Shown here: positions 8,536 to 17,381 of the stretch, piece after piece
Layout: the number at the start of each line of letters is the position of its first letter
Numbering within the stretch: position 1 is the stretch's first letter
Assembly (NCBI GenBank): GCA_017431955.1
Contig: JAFRKC010000003.1
Coordinates: 3,299-67,298 of the forward strand
Reading direction: 5' to 3'
DNA: 64,000 nucleotides
DNA from: Candidatus Saccharimonadota bacterium
Lineage (GTDB): Bacteria; Patescibacteriota; Saccharimonadia; Saccharimonadales; Saccharimonadaceae
Translations under genes and position numbers: made by a program
The notes under the pieces: generated by a model
Databases searched by the model: none
Told to the model about the DNA's origin: nothing
What the model saw: only the letters and a program-made list of their open reading frames with translations

Positions 8536-9489
8536 TTACCATACTACGCCGTAGAAGGCGGTGTAGCAACGGAGACGGACCATCAGGGGTCGGCTGCGGA
8601 AGTATTTGTTTTTTCGCCAATGAGGAAAATCCCGTCGCATAGTCTGACGGATTTTTTTATACCCTGGTTTCCCCTGTGGATATCTCTTAAACGCCCTGGC
8701 GGCGTCATCTAACAGATTCCAGATGTAAAAATATTCAAGTTCATCCCTGTACTCGTCGAACATTTTAGCCTTTTTAAAACGACTTCGAAGAAGTTTCAAA
8801 GCCTTAAAAATGTCGAATTCTTTCTCATTCCACTCTTTTTGATGTAACACCGAGCCCTCTCTCTGGCGATAGTAATAGCACGAATTCTGACAGAGAGCCA
8901 TTTTATCGGTATAGAGAATAAAACTAGAGAGCAGAGCCATGTCTTCGTGAATCATGCCTTCGTCGTAAAATAGCTGATTTTTGACGAGAAAAGCCTTTTT
9001 ACAGATGATGGACCAAGGGGCCATGCCGGTTTTGACGAATTTTTGGCGCCAATCTGAGTCTTTTTCCGGATCAATAGCAAACAAAGTGGTGCCAGATTGC
9101 CATTTTTCCCCGTTTTCGTTAACTTTTTGGGCTTTGATAATGATAGCGTCGGCATCCGTGCGGGCGGCAGTTTTTAGAATTTCCTCTGTTGTGCCAGATT
9201 TAACATAGTCGTCTGAGTCGACGAACCAGATGTATTTGCCTTTGGCTTTTTTGAGTCCAAAATTCCTGACCGCTGGTGCGCCCGGTTTTGAACAAGAGAG
9301 AATTTGGATATTTTTGTTCTTCTTAGCGAGTTCGTGGCAGATTTCTAAGGTGCTATCGGTGGAGTTATTGTCGATAATAAGAATTTCGTAGGTGATTTTG
9401 GCCTTTTTATCAGGGGTGATGGAGTTTATGCACTGATCTAGAAATTTGGCTACATTGTGGGCCGGGATGACTATGGACAAATCTATCAT
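8536..9489 (-). CDS. Glycosyltransferase family 2
   Basis: DLSIVIPAHN...EILIIDNNSTD...RNFGLKKAKGKYIWFVDSDD...FYDEGMIHED; leaderless TATAAT-N6-ATG. Confidence 0.92.
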   Translation of the reverse strand: MIDLSIVIPAHNVAKFLDQCINSITPDKKAKITYEILIIDNNSTDSTLEICHELAKKNKNIQILSCSKPGAPAVRNFGLKKAKGKYIWFVDSDDYVKSGTTEEILKTAARTDADAIIIKAQKVNENGEKWQSGTTLFAIDPEKDSDWRQKFVKTGMAPWSIICKKAFLVKNQLFYDEGMIHEDMALLSSFILYTDKMALCQNSCYYYRQREGSVLHQKEWNEKEFDIFKALKLLRSRFKKAKMFDEYRDELEYFYIWNLLDDAARAFKRYPQGKPGYKKIRQTMRRDFPHWRKNKYFRSRPLMVRLRCYTAFYGVVW

Positions 9490-9558
9490 ATCCCTATTAT
9501 AGCAGAGGCGCTGGCTTGCACAATTGAGAAATGGCCTGTATAATTGAATATGTTCTTT

Positions 9559-9633
9559 GCGGGTATAGTACAGTGGTTAGTATGCAAGTTTTCCAAACTT
9601 GAGATGAGAGTTCGATTCTCTCTACCCGCACCA
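9559..9633 (+). tRNA. tRNA-Gly(TCC)
   Basis: GCGGGTA/TACCCGC acceptor, CAAGT-TTTCCAA-ACTTG anticodon arm, CCA end. Confidence 0.95.
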
Positions 9634-9718
9634 GCGAAATAAAAAACGAATGCTTGCATTCGATTTTTTATTGAGCGCCAAAGAAAGCGCGAAGCGCTTA
9701 CCCGCACCAATTTAGATA

Positions 9719-9744
9719 AAAAATAGCCCCGAAGGGCTATTTTT
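9719..9744. terminator. Bidirectional terminator between tRNA-Gly and the DUF4190 gene
   Basis: AAAAATAGCCC-cgaa-GGGCTATTTTT. Confidence 0.75.
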
Positions 9745-9758
9745 AGTGGCTAATGAAA

Positions 9759-10163
9759 TTAGTCTTCGTCTAGCCAGCTCCAATCGTAATCATCGTAGTT
9801 GGTGCTGTAAGATGAAGAATTGTAATCATCGACTACACTAGAAGCGGCACTACCGGCGGCATTAATAGCGCTGCCAGCAGCGTTAAGAATAGTGGCTGCA
9901 GCTATAGCAGCGATAACGAGGACGACTACTCCTCCGACAATGCCAACGGCACCACAGACAATACCAGTGACTGCCATGCCTTTGCCATCGGCTTCGCCTT
10001 TTTTGATTTTGGAAAGAGCGACGGCGCCAAAGACGATGCCTAGAATGTCAGCGATAAATGCCAACCATGACAAAATAGGTATCCAGCAGAGCACTAGACC
10101 ACCGATGCCACAACACATTGCTGCGATTGCCAAGCCTTTTGATTTAGGTTTTGTTTCAGCCAT
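9759..10163 (-). CDS. DUF4190-like small membrane protein
   Basis: GLAIAAMCCGIGGLV...LGIVFGAVALSKIKKGEADGKGMAVTGIVCG; SD AAGGAG. Confidence 0.8.
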   Translation of the reverse strand: MAETKPKSKGLAIAAMCCGIGGLVLCWIPILSWLAFIADILGIVFGAVALSKIKKGEADGKGMAVTGIVCGAVGIVGGVVVLVIAAIAAATILNAAGSAINAAGSAASSVVDDYNSSSYSTNYDDYDWSWLDED

Positions 10164-10255
10164 TTTTAAAAACTCCTTTTATTTAAGTTGCTGTTAAGTT
10201 TAGTGTATTATAAGGAAATCATAAAGTCAATAGGGGTGAAAGCGCTTGTGGAAAA

Positions 10256-10801
10256 CTAATGTGGGAGAAGAAGATAGGCGCCTACGCCGGCGGCGGCACC
10301 GAGAAGAACGGTGATGATAATGATAATAGCGAGGCTAAGACCTTGCTTTTTTGGTGGTTCAACTACTTTAGTGGCCTTTTTGTCGGCTTTTTTGGCAGAT
10401 TTTTTGACCTTTTTGAGAGGTTTAGCAGGGGCAGAGTAAACATTTTTTTCTGGGCGAGCTGGAGCGGCGCTGTTTTTAGGAACGTATGGAGAAAGCGGGC
10501 GCTTATCTACATTAACAGAGGAGATAAATGGGTATTCTTTGCGAGTTTGACGAGGACGTGGCGTAACTGGGGCTGGCTTTTTGGCTGGCTGTGGTTTTGG
10601 AGTAGGCGCAACGCGAAATTCGAGCTCGTCGAGAGTTTCAATATTGTCGTCGATTTCTGGGTCGAAAACCTCATTGGTGACACGAGTGGCCTCAATAATA
10701 ACTGGCCTTTTAGTGGACCTAGGGGATTTTTGGGCAGGACGGATAATATCCATATATTTACCCTTTGAAGAGTTTCTAGTGGTTTTCTTCCCTGTTTGCA
10801 T
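10256..10801 (-). CDS. Hypothetical protein, basic/Pro-rich with C-terminal TM anchor
   Basis: 181-aa ORF starting 1 nt after the tpiA stop; KYMDII motif; C-terminal hydrophobic segment. Confidence 0.7.
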   Translation of the reverse strand: MQTGKKTTRNSSKGKYMDIIRPAQKSPRSTKRPVIIEATRVTNEVFDPEIDDNIETLDELEFRVAPTPKPQPAKKPAPVTPRPRQTRKEYPFISSVNVDKRPLSPYVPKNSAAPARPEKNVYSAPAKPLKKVKKSAKKADKKATKVVEPPKKQGLSLAIIIIITVLLGAAAGVGAYLLLPH

Positions 10802-10802
10802 T

Positions 10803-11573
10803 TTATGCTCTAACCTGTTTAGCTATTTCGATTATATCACTAAACTCTGGGGCTATCAAGCTGGCACCGCCGATCAAGAGACCGTCGCAGCCTGGAATGG
10901 ATAAGTAGGCTTCGGCGTTGGAAACTTTGACGCTACCACCATATAAAACAGGGGTGTCTGCGACAGTTTTTTCGCCGTAAGTTTTGGTTAGAAGCTTGTG
11001 AATTAGGTCTAGAACTTCTTTGATGTCATCTGGGGTGGCCATTTTGGCGGATTTGGTAGTGGAAATAGCCCAAACTGGCTCGTAGGCAATGATAACTTTA
11101 GAGAGATCCTCGGCAGCGATTTCGGAAAGACTGCTTAGGAGCTGATCCCTAATAACGTCGGTGGTTTCGCCGTTTTTGCGTTCTTCGGCGGTTTCGCCAA
11201 TACAAATAATAGGGGTGATGCCGTTTCTGACGGCTGCAGCGACTTTTTTGCGAACGTCTTTGTTGGTCTCGCCCAAAATGTGGCGGCGTTCGGAATGGCC
11301 GATAATACAATAATCAACTAAACTTCTGATTTGAGAAACCGAAACTTCGCCAGTGTAAGCGCCGAAATCTTGGAAATAGGCGTTTTGAGCGGCAAGTTTG
11401 ATTTTGTGACGGTCTACCTGTAAAGACAGAGGTTGTAATGCCACCAGAGATGGTGCCACGACTACCTCTATGTCGCGGTAGCTTTTGACGCGTTGTAAAA
11501 GTTTATGAAAATATAGCGATGATTCACCCACGGTGAAGTTCATCTTCCAGTTGCCCACAATATAAGTTTTCAT
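10803..11573 (-). CDS. tpiA: Triosephosphate isomerase
   Basis: IVGNWKMN, IIGHSERR, IAYEPVWAI, LYGGSV, LLIGGASL; start MKTY at 11573 (TGcTATAAT-N6-ATG). Confidence 0.97.
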   Translation of the reverse strand: MKTYIVGNWKMNFTVGESSLYFHKLLQRVKSYRDIEVVVAPSLVALQPLSLQVDRHKIKLAAQNAYFQDFGAYTGEVSVSQIRSLVDYCIIGHSERRHILGETNKDVRKKVAAAVRNGITPIICIGETAEERKNGETTDVIRDQLLSSLSEIAAEDLSKVIIAYEPVWAISTTKSAKMATPDDIKEVLDLIHKLLTKTYGEKTVADTPVLYGGSVKVSNAEAYLSIPGCDGLLIGGASLIAPEFSDIIEIAKQVRA

Positions 11574-11597
11574 ACGTTCATTATAGCACACCAAGAT

Positions 11598-11720
11598 GCT
11601 TTAAATGCAGTTTCGATCAACGGGACTTACGAACTTGTATTTTTTACAATGAATTGTAAAAAATACGTTCGTAAATCTGGTCTAAATCTCATTATGTTGC
11701 TCGAAACTGCATTTAAAAGC
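11598..11720. repeat. ~123-bp nested palindrome (MITE-like or structured RNA)
   Basis: Outer arms GCTTTAAATGCAGTTTCGA / TCGAAACTGCATTTAAAAGC; inner arms TTACGAAC..GTATTTTTTACAAT / ATTGTAAAAAATAC-GTTCGTAA. Confidence 0.8.
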
Positions 11721-11722
11721 CT

Positions 11723-11742
11723 CTCGCCCAAGCTTATGGTCC
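11723..11742 (+). repeat. Right-half copy of the palindromic repeat family
   Basis: CTCGCCCAAGCTTATGGTCC matches the 3' half of the core at 18317, 38844 and 54919. Confidence 0.75.
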
Positions 11743-11771
11743 AAGAAAGAGCTTATTTATTTTTAGTGTGA

Positions 11772-12536
11772 TTATAATACGCCTAAAATGCCCCTTAAAG
11801 CGAAGGCGGTATCTTCGTGAGAGCGGACGGTGATGGTGTCAATACCCATCTGGACAACAGGGTAATCATTGCCGCCAGGCTGAGTCATATCGCCAAAATA
11901 AAGAATATCTTCTTTTTCGACTTTTAGCTCTTCTAGGAGATGAGTCATGCCAAAGACTTTGTTCATGCCTGGAGTGACGGCGTTAATAGAGGTAGTGCCA
12001 CCAATTTCGTAATCAAATTCAGGGGCGAGCTCTTTACAGCGAGCCACGATTTTTTCGCGCTTTTTGCAATCTGGATCCCAAGCGTATTTTTCCTCGGTGC
12101 CAGCTTTTTGGCCAAGGGCGGAGAAAGTAACCTGAGAAAGGCGGTTTTCGATGATTTCATCGCCTGGCTTTAGCTTATCTTCTTCCCAAAACCCAAGCTC
12201 TTTGGCGGACTTTTCGATAGTTTCGGTGATTTTTTTGACCTGCTCGTCGGTTAGAGGATAGTTATAAACCTGGTCCCAATCCTTTTTTTCGACATTATAG
12301 CGATAATACTGGGTGCCCTGAGCGACAAATAGATGAAGATGGGTGAGTTGCTCTGGGGTGGCGCCTTTTAATCTATCCACAATTTGGACCAAGAATTGAT
12401 CGAATTTTTGGCCAGAAATTGGACAAATCTCAAAATGATCGAGACATTTAGTTAATAAATCAGCAATTTCATCTGGAATCGGCATTTTCGCCACATTAAG
12501 TGTCTGATCAACGTCAAACGCAAGAACTTTTTTCAT
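11772..12536 (-). CDS. HAD-IIB family hydrolase, eukaryotic-type phosphomannomutase-like
   Basis: LAFDVDQTL, CPISG, IENRLSQVTFSALG, IGGTTSINAV, YFGDMTQPGGNDYP. Confidence 0.88.
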   Translation of the reverse strand: MKKVLAFDVDQTLNVAKMPIPDEIADLLTKCLDHFEICPISGQKFDQFLVQIVDRLKGATPEQLTHLHLFVAQGTQYYRYNVEKKDWDQVYNYPLTDEQVKKITETIEKSAKELGFWEEDKLKPGDEIIENRLSQVTFSALGQKAGTEEKYAWDPDCKKREKIVARCKELAPEFDYEIGGTTSINAVTPGMNKVFGMTHLLEELKVEKEDILYFGDMTQPGGNDYPVVQMGIDTITVRSHEDTAFALRGILGVL

Positions 12537-12587
12537 AAAACCTCCATTTATCTTTTAATTATACATTTAAAACTGATTTTTGGACAG

Positions 12588-12612
12588 AAAAAAGCCCCGA
12601 TATTATCGGGGC
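12588..12612 (-). terminator. Intrinsic terminator
   Basis: GCCCCGA-tatta-TCGGGGC with A6 on the left (U-tract on minus). Confidence 0.7.
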
Positions 12613-12643
12613 AAAGGGTGGACGGTTCCCTAATTTACGAAAC

Positions 12644-13159
12644 TTAGTTACTCATGATTTCGATCAGCTTAAAGGCCCATTTACGGAAGTCTGGGTCTTC
12701 GTCGCTGGGGATTTGTTTGCGGATATAGCTGAAGTACTCGCTATCCGAAATCTTTTTCTGGAGGTTTCTATACCAAATTTCGGTATAGAGACTCCGCGAG
12801 ATTTCGGGAGCAAACGGACGACTCGAGTCGACGCTGAGTTGGAAAAGGTGGATGATGTCTGCTTCAGAAAAATCGGTCCAGTCGCGGCCATCATCGTCTT
12901 CGAGAGTGGTGGCGTTGGCCAGCCTGATATGGAGACTGCGTTTTGAATAATCGCCATTAGGATATGCTGGCAGAGAAGATGTCAAAATATCTTTTAAAAT
13001 GCTGTTCGGGATGTCTTCACCCTGTCTACGGATAATTTCCGCGAGCAAGGCTTTTCTGTCCTCGTCATTTTTGATTTTGACGTTCTCTATTCGCCGATGC
13101 GAGCGAACAAGCTCGATGATTTCCTCTGTAGAGAGGAGCTTCAGATCACTTTTTTTCAT
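12644..13159 (-). CDS. Hypothetical protein (orphan, monocistronic)
   Basis: 171-aa ORF; SD AAGGAG; promoter TTGACA-N17-TAATAT upstream; own terminator. Confidence 0.7.
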   Translation of the reverse strand: MKKSDLKLLSTEEIIELVRSHRRIENVKIKNDEDRKALLAEIIRRQGEDIPNSILKDILTSSLPAYPNGDYSKRSLHIRLANATTLEDDDGRDWTDFSEADIIHLFQLSVDSSRPFAPEISRSLYTEIWYRNLQKKISDSEYFSYIRKQIPSDEDPDFRKWAFKLIEIMSN

Positions 13160-13295
13160 CTATCTCCTTAATCAGCATACAAATGTCGAGGCTTCCGTCC
13201 AAACCTCTGCGGATTCCCGCGTGCTGATTTTTGCAAATGGAAAGGAACACCCTACTTAGGGAATAAGTCTATATTATCACGTTTTTGGTTTTTTG

Positions 13296-16200
13296 TCAAT
13301 GGTCTTCTCTGTTGTAGAACTCTGCCCTGAGTTTGAGCTGGCGGCGATGCTCTTCGATAACGTAGAAGAGGATGGTGACGATGACGCCGATAAGGATTGG
13401 CAAAATCGTGGTGATAACGAGAATTATGATGCTGGAATAATTAGGATCTTCTAGATTGGATTTGATAACGCCGAGCGGATCTAGATTTTCGTTTTGTAGC
13501 TCGTCTTGATCTGCTGAATCATCTGTGGATGAATTGGTAGACGGTGATGAAAAACTGTTTTGGAGCGATTGTGAACTGTTTTGCGACTGGGCTGGGGCGA
13601 CTTCGAAGTAACCCATAACGCCATTTTTATCGCCGACATGAGCATGGGCAATATCTTCGCCAGTAGTACCATTAACATAATTTGGGAGATTAGTACAGCT
13701 GAACATAGACGTTGAGCGCGTAATGGAACCTGTGCTCCAATCGCTATTGTCAAATCCCGTTTCAGAATCGATACTATCAGTGACATAAACGTGGGAAAGA
13801 TTGGTGGCACAAATAAACATATTGAAAGTGTTGGTGGTTTTTCTAGCAAATCCAGCTGGAAAAGTAAGAGTAGTAAGAGAGGACGTTTGGCAAGACGACT
13901 GGCCGCTGGTATGGTAGTTAAACATTGAAGACATATCGGTAGCCTCACTGCCGAAGCCAGCAGGAAATGCGAGTGATGTGAGAGAAGAAGTGTCAGCGAA
14001 CATAGCACCCATATCGGTAGCCTCACTGCCGAAGCCAGCAGGAAATGCGAATGATGTGAGAGAAGAAGCGCCAGCGAACATATAGGACATGTTCTTTGCA
14101 TGCGTGCCAAAGTTAGCCGGGAAAGAAAGCGATGTGAGAGAAGAAGTGTCAGCGAACATCATGCTCATATTTGTATCCTCTTCATCGCCAAAGTTATCTG
14201 GAAAAGAAAGGGTGGTGAGAGAAGAAGCGCCAGCGAACATAATAGATAAATTCTTTGCTTTATCGCCAAAGCCAGTTTGAAAAGTGATTGAAGTGAGATT
14301 ATAAGCCTGATAAAACATTTTGCTCATGCTCTCTGCTTCTTTGCCAAAATCAGCTGGGAATGAAAGCGACGTGAGGGGATGAATACGAACAAACATGCTT
14401 TCTACTTCTGTGGCATTACTACCAAATCCATCTGGGAAAGAATAACTCCCTGGAGAAGTAATGGATGATATAGAGGCGTCGGCAAACATTTCGCTCATAT
14501 ATTTTGTACTCTTACCGAAATTATTCTGAAAGACAAGGGCATCCAGAGAAACTCCATAGAACATCCGTATCATATTCTCTGCGTTTTTGCCAAAGTCTGC
14601 CGGGAAAGAGAGTGTAGTGCTAGGAGAAACAAAACCAGAGAACATTTCATCCATGTCTTGGAACTCTTCCATATGCACTTGACTACCGAAATCGACTGGG
14701 AAGGAATAACTACTGCCAGGAGATGAAATAGATGATATCTGAGCATTTTTAAACATTCCGGACATAGTTTTAGCTTTACTACCGAATTCTGCTGGAAGAC
14801 TAAGCGATGAGATGGTGGAGTTCGCGAACATGACCGCCATAGATAGTGCATCTTTTCCAAACCCGGCCGGGAAGGAAAGTGAGGATATTTGAGCATGAAT
14901 AAACATTTCACTCATGTAAATAGCCTTAATGCCAAAATTCGCTGGGAATGCAGGTGAGTTAAGGCGAGAGTGCGCAAACATACTTTGCATTTGGGTGGCA
15001 TTACTGCCAAAGTCAGCCGGAAAAGTGAGGGAGGCGAGAGCAGTAGTCTTATAGAACATAAATCGCATGTCGTCCGCATATTTACCAAAGTTGTTTGGAA
15101 GAGAAAGCGAGGAAAGAGATGTAGCCTCTCGGAACATGGAGTTCATGTCCGCATATTCTTCATCCCCAAAGCCGGTAGGAAGAGAAAGTGAGGAAAGAGA
15201 TGTGGCTTTGTAGAACATACCGTTTAGGTTTTTTGCTTTATCCCCAAAGCCGGCAGGAAGAGAAAGCGAGGAAAGAGATGTAGCCTCTTGGAACATGGAG
15301 TTCATAGATATTGTTTCTGAGGTGTTAAGGTTACTTAGATTATTCACCGCAGTGAGGCTAGAAAGTCCGTAAAACCAATAGCTTGTGCTCTTTGGTTTAG
15401 CCGTCGCGAAGGAACTGTCAAAATTTACAGTTTGAATTTCTTCCTTTTGTTTCCAAGGGGAATTGCTTGTATACGTGCCGCCGATAAGGCTGACTGGGTA
15501 CACATTCGTCACCGTGATGGTGTTGTCGCCGGTGGCGGCGCGGCGGGCGGTTTCGTAGTCGGACTTGTAGCCGTCGACGTCGTCAGTGACATTAGATACC
15601 GTGCAGTAGTCGTAGACGAAGTTAAGGAGGCCACTAGAGTCGAGAATAGCCTTGGCGGATTTGGAAGTGTTTCGCCAAATGGCGTAAAGTTTGACCTTAG
15701 GGCTGGACACGGTGATGGTTTGGCCAGGTGCAAAAATTGGTTCACGGCCATCAGTGAAGAAACTGTAGCCTAGGAAGTTACAGTCGCCATCGCCGGTGAT
15801 AGTGTCTGGTATTTGGATCTCTATTTCGTAGTCACCATCATCGTCTGTTCCATGCTCATCTCCAGGGATATTTTCTGGATCTGTTTCCCCGCTTGGGTCT
15901 TCAAACTCTACGTCGGTTTCGTCAAAATCAGCAACACAACCGTTTGGTGCTGGCCTGAGACCGTTAACAAAATCGTCGGTAGTGGTGGCTGGAGGATAGA
16001 AAATGTCTAGATTAGTGTAGTCGTTGGTTTTGGCAGGGTGCCAGCCGGTAGGGCAAGAGACAGCTGGGTTTTCTGGATCGGATGGATTTTCTTCTGGGAC
16101 TGGGTTGGTCCAACAGTTGCCATCTTTGAGCTTTCGAACTTCTTGTTTTTGGCCGAGCGCATTCGTGAATTCGTATGAGCCGCCTTCAGTAAGGGTTTCG

Positions 16201-17258
16201 CAGATTTCCGCGGTCATCTCGTCAACCGAAACGTCTACGTCTTGGCCGCCAACAACCTCATATTCGATGTTGATTTTATACGAGCCTTCGGCCGCGGTTT
16301 TGGCACGAACGCCATACCAAATAGTGACCTGTTTTTCGGCGGTAGTTTCCGCTTCGGAGTATGATTTGACGCTGATTCTATCTTGCTTTGATGATAGCGG
16401 CATAAATTTGGTGGCGTCTTGTGCTGGGTCTACCAGAGAAAAGCCCCAAGTGTTGTCGGTAAGCGCACCTGTGCTGGAGATGGTATTGATGCCGGTAGAA
16501 TCTTCGGAGCCATCAAGAATAAGTTTAGTGTTGGCATCTTGGCTAGAAATAAACAATTCATAGCCGTAGTCTGATGCCGGGATAGTGATAACGTCTTGGA
16601 TGTAGGCTGGGGTGTCTGTGCCGATAATGTCCGCATTGATGCTGATGGTGCCTAGAGTTGAGGTGTCTATGCTGACGTTATTTTGGAATTGGGTATAGCT
16701 CAGCACGGTTGAAATGGCGCCAAAGAGCAACGCAAATGAAGCCACCGCTGTAGAAATAGCTTGGAATCTGGTGAATCTGGCGTGGCTGAGACCATAGCGG
16801 AAATAGTCGCGCTTTTTGGCTTTTTTGATAATTGCAGGAAGCAAGAAAGCGAAGAAAATAGAGGCAAAAACTACGAAAGCAACTGGGATAACGTGGCTAA
16901 TTATGATTTGCGCTTGCTGCTGCTGGATATCGGAAGCGGATTGAACTTCGGTATAAAAACCAGTGTTGGCGGAGCCTAGACCGGAGCCACCCTCTGGGCC
17001 TTTGTCGGTACCAGGAACTGGCGGTTTTTCTTCTTCGGTCTTATCTCCCTCGTCACCAGGATTTTGCCCTCCATCGTCGCCTTGATGTTCGCCGTCGCTA
17101 GGGTTGTCGCCACCTCCTGGGGGATTGTCACCACCAGGTGGGTTATCATCAGGCGGGTTGTCGCCGCCTGGAGGATCGTCACCACCAGGTGGGTTATCAT
17201 CAGGCGGATTTGAATCCACCCACTCGCTAAGGTTGAAAATCAAATTAGTAGTCGACAT
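13296..17258 (-). CDS. Large surface protein: N-terminal GGDNPP repeats, 2 TM, CPR Ig-like domain, degenerate FISUMP, B-repeat, DUF285/BspA-type ~26-aa repeats, C-terminal TM
   Basis: LSNLNTSETISMNSMF and repeated FPxxFGxxAxxMxxMFxxxSSLTSL; KLKDGNCW...CPTGW; promoter TTGACC-N17-TATAAT. Confidence 0.85.
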   Translation of the reverse strand: MSTTNLIFNLSEWVDSNPPDDNPPGGDDPPGGDNPPDDNPPGGDNPPGGGDNPSDGEHQGDDGGQNPGDEGDKTEEEKPPVPGTDKGPEGGSGLGSANTGFYTEVQSASDIQQQQAQIIISHVIPVAFVVFASIFFAFLLPAIIKKAKKRDYFRYGLSHARFTRFQAISTAVASFALLFGAISTVLSYTQFQNNVSIDTSTLGTISINADIIGTDTPAYIQDVITIPASDYGYELFISSQDANTKLILDGSEDSTGINTISSTGALTDNTWGFSLVDPAQDATKFMPLSSKQDRISVKSYSEAETTAEKQVTIWYGVRAKTAAEGSYKINIEYEVVGGQDVDVSVDEMTAEICETLTEGGSYEFTNALGQKQEVRKLKDGNCWTNPVPEENPSDPENPAVSCPTGWHPAKTNDYTNLDIFYPPATTTDDFVNGLRPAPNGCVADFDETDVEFEDPSGETDPENIPGDEHGTDDDGDYEIEIQIPDTITGDGDCNFLGYSFFTDGREPIFAPGQTITVSSPKVKLYAIWRNTSKSAKAILDSSGLLNFVYDYCTVSNVTDDVDGYKSDYETARRAATGDNTITVTNVYPVSLIGGTYTSNSPWKQKEEIQTVNFDSSFATAKPKSTSYWFYGLSSLTAVNNLSNLNTSETISMNSMFQEATSLSSLSLPAGFGDKAKNLNGMFYKATSLSSLSLPTGFGDEEYADMNSMFREATSLSSLSLPNNFGKYADDMRFMFYKTTALASLTFPADFGSNATQMQSMFAHSRLNSPAFPANFGIKAIYMSEMFIHAQISSLSFPAGFGKDALSMAVMFANSTISSLSLPAEFGSKAKTMSGMFKNAQISSISSPGSSYSFPVDFGSQVHMEEFQDMDEMFSGFVSPSTTLSFPADFGKNAENMIRMFYGVSLDALVFQNNFGKSTKYMSEMFADASISSITSPGSYSFPDGFGSNATEVESMFVRIHPLTSLSFPADFGKEAESMSKMFYQAYNLTSITFQTGFGDKAKNLSIMFAGASSLTTLSFPDNFGDEEDTNMSMMFADTSSLTSLSFPANFGTHAKNMSYMFAGASSLTSFAFPAGFGSEATDMGAMFADTSSLTSLAFPAGFGSEATDMSSMFNYHTSGQSSCQTSSLTTLTFPAGFARKTTNTFNMFICATNLSHVYVTDSIDSETGFDNSDWSTGSITRSTSMFSCTNLPNYVNGTTGEDIAHAHVGDKNGVMGYFEVAPAQSQNSSQSLQNSFSSPSTNSSTDDSADQDELQNENLDPLGVIKSNLEDPNYSSIIILVITTILPILIGVIVTILFYVIEEHRRQLKLRAEFYNREDH

Positions 17259-17340
17259 TTTTTATATGACCTATTTACATTTCTGATTATGTTTTATTAT
17301 AGATAGTTTTTATGGTTTGGTCAAGAAAAGCTCAAAAAAG

Positions 17341-17359
17341 TGTTGTAATATTTACAACA
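17341..17359. promoter_or_regulatory. Palindrome TGTTGTA-N5-TACAACA (candidate operator; may double as tyrS terminator)
   Basis: 16 bp upstream of the -35 of the 1320-aa gene; same palindrome at 21901-21919. Confidence 0.5.
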
Positions 17360-17381
17360 CTTTTCTATTTGTGGTTGGTGA

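Noticed and set aside
17090-17220. Short direct repeats resembling a CRISPR array
   Set aside because: They are in-frame codons for the GGDNPP linker, with no unique spacers and no cas genes.
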